DNA from: Mytilus californianus
Taxonomy: Eukaryota
Assembly (NCBI RefSeq): GCF_021869535.1
Contig: NW_026262679.1
Span: forward strand, 89,900,001-89,964,000
Direction: 5' to 3'
DNA: 64,000 nucleotides
Both the position numbers and the translations under genes were made by a program. Below the pieces are notes generated by a model that was given only the letters and a program-made list of their open reading frames with translations, was not told the DNA's origin and searched no databases. Positions 1 to 10,390 of the stretch are shown here, one piece after another. Positions within the stretch are counted from its first letter, which is position 1. Every line of letters starts with the position of its first letter.

Positions 1-1073
1 GTACAAATAAAAAATGATAGAATTTTTTCATACTTTGTCAAAACGTAGTATATATTGTGATATATTCAAAAAAATAAAAAACATGATAGGTCACCGAGCT
101 TTTTCTCAAGCTACGATTGTGAAAAGTGACATATTTTGTTCTCTGCTAATTTGCAATCCAAGATGGCGAACGATACCCAATACTACCTTAATGTAAAAAT
201 AAAGTGAAATTATTGTTATTAAAACAGGCATTTTTTGTAAATTTTTAATGATCCAAAACCTTCAACGTTTAGCGAAAATTAAACACAGTGAAATATAACC
301 TGCCCATTTTGTCACCAAATCACGAAAAAAGCCGACGCGAAAAAACCCAATATACGGTATATACATCGTACTCGGACTTCATTTTAACTGAGTTTTTCTG
401 TGTATCTTGCTGTGTGTTTATTTATTTCATATTGGCAAGAGGTATAGTAATAAACTAAATTATGGTGTTAACCAATTGTTATCTGGTTGAGAATGTCTGT
501 TGTAAAGTTGTCACATGTTTAGACATGGTAAGTAACATTATCATCCTTTACGACAGACAAAACACAGCATATCTGAAAGTTACACCATCTACCTGCCATT
601 ATACATCATGTACTGTGTTGCAACCCTAGATAAAGCCGACGAGGAAAAGCTTTACTCGACCAACGAATGCTATATTTTATATAGACTAGTTTGTCGGGTG
701 TTCTAGGCCGCTGAACACAGTGCAGGCGGTATTGCCACGATGTCACAGAAGCAGCTTTTCGAATCCCGCTGAGGGTGGAACAAAAATTTGCTAACGCAAT
801 TTTTTAGATCGAACATTGTTTATTGTTATTGTTTCGTCCCCGAGGGTATCGCCAACCCAGTAGTCAGCACTTCGGTGTTGACATGAATATCAATTATATG
901 GTCATTTTTATAAATTTCCTGTTACAAAACTTTGAATTTTTCGAAAAACTAAGGATTTTCTTATCCCAGGAATAGATTACCTTAGCCGTATTTGGCACAA
1001 CTTTTTTGGAATTTTGAGTCCTCAATGCTCTTCAACTTTGTATTTGTTTGGCTTTATAACTATTTTGATCTGA

Positions 1074-1117
1074 GCGTCACTGATGAGTCTTATGTAGACG
1101 AAACGCGCGTCTGGCGT
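1074..1117 (+). ncRNA. Minimal type I hammerhead ribozyme with canonical core; predicted cleavage after C1111 (GUC)
   Basis: Stem I GCGTCA(1074-79)/TGGCGT(1112-17); core CTGATGA 1080-86; stem II GTCT-tatgt-AGAC; GAAA 1100-03; palindromic stem III ACGCGCGT; GUC triplet. Confidence 0.9.
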
Positions 1118-1427
1118 ATTAAATTATAATCCTGGTACCTTTAATAACTATTTACACCACTGGGTCGATACCACTGCTGGTGGACGTTTCGTCCCCGAGG
1201 GTATCGCCAGCCCAGTAGTCAGCACTTCGGTGTTGACATGAATATCAATTATATGGTCATTTTTATAAATTTCCTGTTACAAAACTTTGAATTTTTCGAA
1301 AAACTAAGGATTTTCTTTTCCCAGGAATAGATTACCTTAGCCGTATTTGGCACAACTTTTTGGAATTTTGGGTCCTCAATGCTCTTCAACTTTGTACTTG
1401 TTTGGCTTTATTACTATTTTGATCTGA

Positions 1428-1462
1428 GCGTCACTGATGTAGACGAAACGCGCGTCTGGCGT
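1428..1462 (+). ncRNA. Hammerhead copy with a 9-nt deletion removing the core end and the 5' arm of stem II
   Basis: Reads GCGTCACTGATGTAGACGAAACGCGCGTCTGGCG versus ...CTGATG[AGTCTTATG]TAGAC... in unit 1. The deletion lies between ATG microhomologies. Confidence 0.8.
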
Positions 1463-1740
1463 ATTAAATTATAATCCTGGTACCTTTAATAGCTATTTGA
1501 CGAATTATATATATGTATATACATATGTATACATAGGTATCTAAATATCGTTATTTGTCCGAAAAACTGTTGATGCGAAACTGCGCATTGTGCTCTTTTT
1601 TAAACAGAAACATGAACACCACTAGGTCAATCTTATTTTCACTTGGTGAGTAGTTGTTTGCAGTTATCATGTAACCTGTAACACATTACAATTCATGAAT
1701 TATTTTTTCACGGTATAGATATGAAAAACTATTCACCATC

Positions 1741-1767
1741 ATGGCCAGATTTAGGAATAACAAAATC
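1741..1767 (+). CDS. Putative first coding exon (MARFRNNKI) of the GT31 gene whose main exon starts at 6071
   Basis: ATG 1741, basic 9-aa tail, strong donor GTAAGT at 1768 in phase 0, matching the phase-0 acceptor at 6071. The join gives tail + transmembrane helix IAILICSNVLIYCVYLFF (type II membrane topology). An upstream acceptor ends at 1718 and a donor GTGAGT lies at 1646. Confidence 0.6.
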
Positions 1768-2989
1768 GTAAGTATAAAATGCTAAAATTATTCGTAGAGA
1801 TACACGATTATCTGAAAAGCCTTATCGATTACAGTATAAAAACAAAGTATATATAAAAAAAAAAGATAATGTGTATTTTTGACATGAACATACATAATAC
1901 CTTTTATTCAGTATCGGAAGATGGAATACTTATGGGTTAGTATTATTTATACCTCAGTGTATATCAAGTGCGAATCCAGTTAGTTCATTTTCACTGTCGT
2001 ACGCGTGTATTACTATTGTAGAATAAAGGATGATGGGGGAACAACAAGCTCAATGCCAAAAACTGTTTTAAGTCATACAACATTAATAACTATGCTAAAA
2101 GGTACATTTTTCTGCAAATGAAACATAAATGCTGCTTTTAAATCTCTTGCACGCTCTGTTCATGAACTATTCTTAATATTTATCTATTTGTGTATTAATT
2201 TTACACCTGGATGGCTAATAGCGAGGTGAAAACCCGTCGGCATCTCTTACCTATATCATGAATTTATAAAAACAGTACATATTATATATTATTTCTTATT
2301 TTATTAAAAAAATCATGAATTCGTCGTCTGCTTATTTATCATTCTACATTAGCAATGCATAACGGATACAGTAAAAATGGTATCTCAGGATTCGCACATT
2401 ATATACACTGTACCTGGTTATTCTACAACAGTTAACTGAAAATTAGCATCACCAGAACTTTAAATTATTTGCACCGATACACATGTATAATCTTCTAATT
2501 CTTAAAACATAACTGTTTAAGGTCTCTTTAATTGTTTGTTTTTGCTGGACAAAACTGAATAAATACATTTTACATCGGGATATTGTGCTCTAGTCAAGTC
2601 CTTTCTATCTTTATGTTTTTGGCTGCGTGTTATTACTTATGGAGTTTGTTGTTGATGGCAGATAATTGGTGTTCTCTGTTTAATTTCAAATTTCAACTTG
2701 ATATTGTGAGAATCTGTCAGTTGTTTCAGACTGTACATGTTAAATTTTTTGGATTATTAAAGTTTCTAAACAAGAAATAAATTGGGACTTGACATACCAA
2801 CAAGCTTTTTTGCCTGTCAATCTACGCTCATAGCTCTATCCTTTAGTCTGTACGTATGCTGTGTTGTTTTCTTGATTGCTGTTTCATTGATGTATACCCA
2901 GCAACTTCTTGTATTAATAAATAAGCAATCGTCATTGTAGAAATAATTTCTATAGATAGTTCCATACATCAAATGATTTAGTGTTATTA

Positions 2990-3960
2990 AAAGCGGCGTA
3001 AGATGTCAAGCGGACACTCAAAACTTATAAGTTGAAGAAGGAAAAATAAACCACACGGCGAAACACAACAGACGACGACAAGACTAACAAGTCCACAAAA
3101 TACTACATAGAAAATTAAAGTCCCACCAAAACCTTAGGGCTATCTTAGGCGCTCGAGAAGGATACGCATATCCTGTTCCACTTTTGCCGTCCATCATGTT
3201 TTTCATGGTCATCCCGTTACGCATATATTCTATAACGGTATTTCAATTCATGATGGCGTCCGTAACATTGTCATAGGGTTGACTTCTATTTGACAATCTT
3301 TGGTGCAAAAGCTTACTTTTATAGAAGTGTTATCATTTATCAGCAAAAAGTTCAGATTTTTTCAATTAAGCCAGAAAACGACAAGACAGTACAGCGATTC
3401 ATATTGCCATACGAAAGCGGTGATGAGTTATCAATTTGAAGACATAAAAATAGACGCAATTAAGATTTCATTTAAAATTCACAACTATAAAACATCTTCT
3501 GAAAGTGTTACTACAACTGAAAAATTTGAGATAATGACACTTTTCCTGTTTTATCAAACTAATTGCACTTTTTATAACAAGAGAAAAGATATAAACTTTA
3601 TCTACTACTTCAATTTAAATCAGATGTAGTATTCTAAATATCTTCTGTGTTGACGCCCCTCATATATGAGAAGCTTACATCTTATACTTATAAGCAGCAA
3701 CTCTCCATCAAGGAAATCATGATAAGATACGCGAAAATTGTATACACTAGGAGATATATACTGCTGGAATTTTGCTACATAGAAATGGAACCTGACAATT
3801 AGGAACATAACATGATCACTTTTGCCGTACATTCTTGTTCTCAATCGATCTTCATTGTCAATTTCTAAATGTTAGTCAAGGGCAGACAAGATATATTCCT
3901 TTATTTTAAGCGATTTCCAAAATTATATAGCATCAAATTTCAGTTTAACAATATCAGTAT
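2990..3960 (-). mobile_element. Decayed Penelope-like retroelement, RT C-terminal region and 3' end, interrupted at about 3330-3690
   Basis: Minus-strand remnants HLEIDNEDRLRTRMYGK, SYHDFLDGELLL and a frameshifted YGRHH-like segment, collinear with the other PLE-like copies in the window. Confidence 0.6.
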
Positions 3961-4304
3961 AAAAATACTGGCTAAATGTTATGGTGACACCCTCGGTTGA
4001 GAAATATGATATTTTGTCATGAACTACTAGTATACTGAATAATTGAAATTAATTACATCTGTGGTAAACTTTCATTGAAAATATTGATATTCTCATATGC
4101 TTTACTAAATGAATATCAAAATAGTATATTGTCTCTATGAATGTTATATTTTTTTTCAAATTATTCAAAATTAAGGAATATATCTCCCTCATGCAAAGCT
4201 CTGATTCGTTGTCCGGGTTTCGTTATTATATAGGTCTGTTTTTGGTTTGATCCGATCTTCAACATTTGTATTAGATTTTGGATATTCAAATATTTTGGCC
4301 TCGA

Positions 4305-4348
4305 CCATCACTGAAGAGATAGTGATTGTCGAAATGCTCACCTGGTGC
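4305..4348 (+). ncRNA. Family 2 hammerhead, probably inactive (cleavage triplet ACC)
   Basis: CTGAAGA 4311-17; stem II GATA/TGTC; GAAA 4331-34; stem III ATGCTCAC, U16.1 replaced by C; stem I CATCA/TGGTG. Confidence 0.65.
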
Positions 4349-4664
4349 GTACAAATTAGTACCGTTTATGTTGTTACTATCACTGGGTCGATACCTCTGC
4401 TGGTCGGCTGTAACTCAACAAAGATATCACCAGCCAATTAGCCAGTACTTCGGTACTTCAGTACTGGCATGAAAATACGGATATTATTTGATTAACATTT
4501 TCTGTTATAAAATTGTTTTGAATTATTTGAAATTAACGAATATATATCCCTCATGTAAAGCTCTGATTCCTTGTCCGGATTAGGCTATTACTTAGGTACT
4601 TTTTGTTTTATCCGCTCTTCAACATATGTATTAGATTTGGGATATTTAAATATTTTTGGCCTTA

Positions 4665-4706
4665 ACCACTGAAGAGACATTAATTGTCGAAATGCGCTTC
4701 TGGTGC
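4665..4706 (+). ncRNA. Family 2 hammerhead, near-canonical (UUC after 4700; stem III mismatch)
   Basis: ACCA-CTGAAGA(4669-75)-GACA-ttaat-TGTC-GAAA-TGCGCTTC-TGGT. Confidence 0.65.
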
Positions 4707-5607
4707 ATGAAAAATTGATACCGTTTCTGTTATTTCTACCTCTTGCTCGATAACTTTGCTGGTGGGCAGTTAGTCCCCGAAGGTATCACCAGCTCAGTAG
4801 ACAGTACTTCGGTACTAACATGAAAATAACAGATATTGTTTGATTAAAATTTGCTGTTATAATTTTTTAAGAAATATTTGAAATTAAGGAATATATCTCC
4901 CTCATGCAACGCTCTGATTCCTTTTCCGATTAGGCTATTACTTATGTCCTTTTTTGGTTTGATCCGCTCTTCAACATTTGTATCAGATACATTCGAGGGT
5001 CAGATACAGAAAAGAATGAATTTTCTTAACTATTACATATTGCCTATACATTAACACTAACCTTTCCTATTTACATTATCTTGTTTGGACCCAGATCTGG
5101 ATTGCAGCCTGGAGACTCTATTATTAATTAGTTAATTAAAATATATCATAAAATTTTGGAATTTCCAAAAAAGGCCGCCGTTTCCATGGAATCAGTAAAA
5201 ATATTCTTTAATTTTCTTTCCAGCAGCTAAACTTGACCTGAGTTGATATCGGAAACTGTTTGCTGCAAGTCAATGGTACTTCACGGGGTACTGTAGGCCT
5301 ATGTTCCTAGATGATCCTAATGTTTAAGTTTTGCAATATGTTGTAAGGGAAGATTTTTTGGGGGTCAAAAGTGGTTTGGGTTTACTATAGAAGTCTATTG
5401 GAAAATTGAAAAAAAAAATTCAAATTGTCACACAACTTCAAAAGTACTGCATATAATGATAAGGGGTATTCAGTAACTATTGTAAGACTACAGTGGAATG
5501 ATTTGGTTTTTTAAATTTGGATTTTTTTTTGGCGGGAGAGTAATTTCTGCTTGATATGTTCCATTTTCAGCATTATTCAGTGTTACTTATTATATTATTA
5601 TTGACCT

Positions 5608-5958
5608 TCATTATATAATCTTCTTTTCAGCATACTTATATCGGGCGCATGCCCCAAGACCTGGCGGATAAGTGGGAGCAGTGGAACCGCAGCCAAACTT
5701 TTCTTGAAGGGTTTTCCAAAAACACATTTAAAGGCATTTCCAGCTCTATACAGGCCCCGGAGATACAATAAAGCTTCGTTTTAAGACTTTCTGAGGATCC
5801 TCTGCCCAAATTATTTTTGAAGGGTGTTCCAAAAAAACAATAAAAGGCATTTCCAGTATTATGCAAGCCCTGGGGATACATTTAAGCTTCATATTTAGAC
5901 TTTTACAAGAATTTTCATTATATCTTTTTTTTCAGCATACTTATATCAGGCGCACGCC
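5608..5958. repeat. Local nested duplication (about 45-bp ends at 5608 and 5914; internal about 100-bp repeat at about 5699 and 5815)
   Basis: TTTTCAGCATACTTATATC(G/A)GGCGCA(T/C)GCC occurs twice; GAAGGGT.TTCCAAAAA...AAAGGCATTTCCAG...GATACA occurs twice. Confidence 0.7.
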
Positions 5959-6070
5959 AATATGTTAACAAATGCTATCTGTAAACAGGGGTGTATATGT
6001 CATGTAGGCAGCAACATTGTTTGAATAAACTGTTATATACAATAATAATTCCTGTCTTTTTGTTTTTCAG

Positions 6071-7030
6071 ATAGCGATCTTAATTTGTAGTAATGTGTTG
6101 ATATACTGTGTTTATCTGTTCTTCACCAAGAATTATGTAAAGCCATTGATTCTAATTCCAACTATCGACAAGCTGGTATTCGATGTTAATAACAAGAAAA
6201 TTTTAAATAAGGAACCAGAAAATGATTTCAAGGAGAGTGATATGTTCTTGAAAAGTCCTTCAGAATCATTGTGTAACAATTCCAAATGTGGTTCTTTACA
6301 AATCTTATTTATTGTAAAATCCTACGTTTTAAACTTTGGTCAACGAGAAGCTATACGTAGAACATGGGGAGGCATGACACAACTGCGATCAAAAACTTTT
6401 TTCATTATTGGATATCTTGATGGCATTGATTATCTTGTTGATATGGAATCAGCAAAACATAAAGATATTATTCAGTTGAATATGCATGATCAGTATCAAA
6501 ATGTTGTTTATAAAACAATTTATGCACTGATATGGTTATCAAATATAAATATAACAGTACAGTTTATTAATTTTGTTGATGACGATCGATTAGTTATTCC
6601 ACTGAATATGTATGATGTTGCAACACAAAATATTAACTCAACAGACTTAATAATGTTGGGTCATATGATAAACAAATCAGAAACTGTTAGAGATAAAAGT
6701 TGGAAAACATATATTTCTCCTGAAGACTATCCATTTGATTTCTATCCTCCATATATCATTGGGGGAACTATCTTAGCAAATCAAAAAACCGTGAGAATGC
6801 TAGCAGTTGCTGTAGCCTATATTAAGGTAATTCGAATAGAAGACGCATATATTGGAATAGTAGCAAACTCAATTAATATCAAATTGAAACACCATGCGGC
6901 TTTTTTTGCGTATAAACAATCGCTTTCGATATTGCGTAATTCAGTCTCCTCTCCTGGTTACGAAACCACATATATTTTGCTGAGGGACTGGAATTTGCTT
7001 CATACGAAATCACATAGTATGCAAACATAA
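6071..7030 (+). CDS. GT31 beta-1,3-galactosyltransferase-like protein, main exon (328 aa if joined to 1741-1767)
   Basis: Motifs ILFIVKS...REAIRRTWG, FIIG, E...HKDIIQ...D.YQNVVYKT, FVDDD (DxD-like), YPPYIIGG, IEDAYIG. Pyrimidine tract TTTTTCAG ends at 6070. In-frame stop at 6026 with no ATG before the TM, so an upstream exon is required. Confidence 0.9.
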   Translation: MAILICSNVLIYCVYLFFTKNYVKPLILIPTIDKLVFDVNNKKILNKEPENDFKESDMFLKSPSESLCNNSKCGSLQILFIVKSYVLNFGQREAIRRTWGGMTQLRSKTFFIIGYLDGIDYLVDMESAKHKDIIQLNMHDQYQNVVYKTIYALIWLSNINITVQFINFVDDDRLVIPLNMYDVATQNINSTDLIMLGHMINKSETVRDKSWKTYISPEDYPFDFYPPYIIGGTILANQKTVRMLAVAVAYIKVIRIEDAYIGIVANSINIKLKHHAAFFAYKQSLSILRNSVSSPGYETTYILLRDWNLLHTKSHSMQT

Positions 7031-8411
7031 GAAAAAGAAAAAAGATTAAAAATGTCAACTCAGTGAACGGTAAAATTTCAGCTGGTAATCAATTAAATGG
7101 CTAAATGACAAATGGATCAGACTGTGTTTTTTTTTTTATATAAGCTTATGGCTATTTAAGTTGATATACTTTGAAGTATTGTTTCTGTTATCAGTTTTTC
7201 ATTCATAACGAAAATTATGCATCCTGTTGTTTTGAATGTATGTATTTTCAATTACTATCATTCCAATATTTGTCTGTTCTGATAATGACTTATCGTACTT
7301 ATGTGCATATATCAACTTCCTCATGCGATCCGTAATTCTCATATTACTGCTTTATGACGTTTGAGCAGTAATTGTCAGCCACCTCAAACATTGGATGATG
7401 TTATCAACGACAACACAATATATGGGGAAGACGTATTAAGGTTACCTCCGGTAGGAAAATCGATCATGAAACACGTCTAATGGAGATACAAAGTGATGGT
7501 CATTAGTCAGATAAACATTTTTGTATCTCTTTTTTTTCTTTTAATCCAGGTTTTGTTCCTCGTGTTGTGTGGATCCAGTACAATGACTTCACGTGCTAAT
7601 AGTGTATGCTCTATATTTTACAGTTTTTGGTTGTTTGCCTATGAGATAGCTGGTCTCCTAAATTTTATTTTAATTTTTTTTTTATCTTTTTCTTTTAATT
7701 CATCATCGTGTTTTATCTTTGCCTCTTCTATGATTTGATAACAATGCTTATATTTTCGGTATTTATATTTGTTTTATCGCCTTCAATTTTACTCACGTCT
7801 CAATGTCTGGCAGCATTACAGTTTTCGTTAAAGTTCTTTGACTGTACTTTTGATTGTTTACTTTTGTCGTAATTGTGATCCTAATTTAATGTTTTGATTT
7901 CGGCCTCTTTTACGATTTTTATGATTTTCTCCGTGTAATGTTAGAAAATGACAAACCTGTTCCAGATTGTCTTCCAATAGTACTGTTTTATCATCACGTG
8001 GGAGTTTTTTCAACACTGTTGTGATATTAATAAACGAAAAAACATCTAAAGTTTAAGAATGTCTACGTGCTTTTGAACACGCATACATAATATACTCTTG
8101 TAATCTATTTTGATCTGAAACGGTCATTTTGATCTGAACAGCTCCTAAAGACCGATTAATTTATTATTAAGTTATTTTCAGTTTTCCAGTCAATTATCAG
8201 ATCTGGCCACTGCGGTAAAAGCAGTTCTAATCAAACGATTCTCTTGTAGTCGTTTTAGGAATGTTCAGTCTATTTTCATACATTGTTTTGAATTCTCTGG
8301 AAAGCTAATGAAACAGTACTAAATTGACTGCAAGCAAATTGTATGAATAGTACTTACAGCATTTACAGCAATGGATCCATAATTAGTAAACACGCAGTTC
8401 ATTATAATGTT

Positions 8412-8500
8412 TACCGCCTCGTTGTTATCATGGTAGCGTATTCGCCTTGAGTGCAGTTGGTCTGAGGTTCTTCCACGGCCGGTTCTAACCAGAGAATTAA
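8412..8500 (+). mobile_element. Short tRNA-derived SINE head relic
   Basis: ACCGCCTCG...ATGGTAGCGTATTCGCCTTGAGTGCAG resembles the head of the 32712 copy, with degenerate A/B-box-like segments. Confidence 0.4.
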
Positions 8501-9329
8501 CGTTAATTTCATATAAAAAAGTGCCTTTGTTTGGTCAAAATATTAAAATCAGTATTGTATCGTATCAAAATTTATTTGATGATATAATTTGTGGTGTTCT
8601 TTTTTTTTGGGGGGGGGTTCCGCCAAATAAACAGCGGGTTTATGCTATAATTGTACAGCAAACATAAAAAAATGAAATTAATTAAAAGATATAAATGGTG
8701 AAATATCCCAACAAGGTTGATATTCAAAAAGAATTCGGTAGACTGACGGGAAATCTCCACTGCACAATGCTTGCATATGCCATTGACACACACAATGTAG
8801 AATTATCTCGAGTTACATCAAGTTAAGAAGAGATATGAATAGGGAAATATCCCCAACAGCAGATTACACATTAAAAGATTGACTTTAAAAATTTCCCATT
8901 GATTTATCTTACTACAAAACATACATATGTAGGTAATAAAGTACAGGAAATGTGAGGACATTTTTTTTTGTTTTAATGATGGGGTTTTAATTTGAACTGT
9001 TTCAGAAATTGCAAATATCATAAATCAAAAAGTTAAGTTGTCTGAAGTTGGAATCTTCTTTTACTTTCCTGTCAGTAAGTAAATGGGTGACACAAAACAT
9101 TGTTGCCAGGCAATGTGGCGTAAGGTTTTTATGATGTGTAAATGAGCTTACATTTACGGTCATAATTTTACATTTAACCACATCCAATGTCTTAGTGGAA
9201 GGTATTTTATCACACTTTTTTGTGATGGTCATACTGACGTTGATATTCAAAAACGAGAATATTTTTACTATTCATTTCAAGTCCATTAACTGAATACTGA
9301 CATCCGGTTAAACGACAAAAACATCTTAC

Positions 9330-9815
9330 ATAGATTTCTGCCAACTGTAAGGCAAAGTCTAAACATTTAAAGTAAAGAGCCGACGAAATGATAGTCTACA
9401 AAATACAAAGCAAAGACAAAGCAATATAATCTTCACCGAAAGCCACCCTTATCTCAGACGCCCCCTACAGGGTAAGCAGATTCTGCTCCAAAAGTATGAC
9501 ACCTGTCGTGGTGTATATTGTAAATGTGTTAGTATAAATTCCTAGAAAAGTTTAATTCGGTGAAAAGAGGACTGAATTGTGGCCTCTATTGGCACAGATC
9601 CGTAGTAATTTGTGATTCAGATATTCAAAAACCGTCAAACAAAATATGATGGCGTCTGTGAGAATTTTGATAAAGGACTTAAACTTTTCAACTACTTACC
9701 CTTGGTTCAACGGCTTTCTTGAAAGCTGCAACCTTCTATCAATACAATCATGGTACGAAGCGCAAGCTGTGACATCAAGTATCAAATGGGAGATATTTAC
9801 TCATTATGCATTCAC
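9330..9815 (-). mobile_element. Decayed Penelope-like retroelement 3' fragment
   Basis: Minus strand reads NISHLI..TACASYHDCIDRRLQLSRKPLNQG with stops, homologous to the ISQLIRY..AC.SY.DF..R.LL..KLL.QG segment of the other copies. Confidence 0.6.
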
Positions 9816-10039
9816 AAAATGATAAAAGATAAATCTTTTCTACAGTAAAAAATAGCTTTCTAAAATATTGTGACATGGTATAGTAAACGAGTTTTTGTAC
9901 TAATATGAAGCAGAATTCAACAGAAAAGAAGCTTCTTGCTATGTTTTTAAATTTCTCTTTCGAGTAAGTATTTGCAATGTCCTGTCACTCGTAAACCTAC
10001 GTTTCAGTAAGTGCTTACATCTCAAATATCCTAGTAAAT

Positions 10040-10390
10040 TTGAGATTAGGGATACTACTGAAAAAGAAGGTCTGCTTCATATATTGATCCTTTCCTCGAT
10101 ATTGACAAAGAAAGGATACTTCAAACTGGAATCTATAACAAACGCGATGAAAACCTCATTTTGCCGCAGTGAAATACTATCTACCCCATCGTATGACGTT
10201 TACCTATCTCAAATAATACCTTGCGATCAAGTATGTTCACACTATACAGACTTCGTTAACAGAGGTGTGCTCTTTACAAAAAAAAATGCTCAACAGAGTT
10301 ATGAGGAATAACAGCTGAAAAGCACACCACAAAAGTCGCAATCGCAAATTGGTTGCCCGATACAACGTGTCTGTGTCTCAACTCAACTCT
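10040..10390 (+). mobile_element. Decayed Penelope-like RT C-terminal fragment
   Basis: Frameshifted remnants EIRDTTEKEGSASYID..LDID, IYNKRDE, PSYDVYLSQII..QVCSHYTDFVNRGVLFTKK. Confidence 0.65.

Larger units (their letters stand above)
831..1497 (+). mobile_element. Retrozyme-like tandem repeat, family 1 (about 1.9 units of 355 bp, each with a type I hammerhead motif)
   Basis: GTTTCGTCCCCGAGGG recurs at 831 and 1186 (period 355). The two units are near-identical and each contains CTGATG...GACGAAACGCGCGTC. Size and architecture match non-LTR retrozymes described in metazoans including mussel (Cervera and de la Pena; recalled, not searched). Confidence 0.85.
4150..4985 (+). mobile_element. Retrozyme-like tandem repeat, family 2 (about 2.3 diverged units, periods 362 and 351 bp), in the putative GT31 intron
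   Basis: CCCTCATG...GCTCTGATTC recurs at 4186, 4548 and 4899. Each full unit has a CTGAAGA/GTCGAAAT hammerhead motif and the same downstream structured domain as family 1. Confidence 0.75.

Noticed and set aside
1177-1210. Active minus-strand hammerhead
   Set aside because: Core CTGG(C/T)GA lacks A6, stem II is not closed, stem I conflicts with the core, and it is not conserved in family 2. Kept only as a pairing hypothesis.
1159-1245. Canonical HDV-like ribozyme call for the second domain
   Set aside because: The crossing helices, TCCCCG (L3-like) and a terminal hairpin followed by TGAAT are suggestive, but P3 and P1.1 do not pair properly and the catalytic C position would be U.
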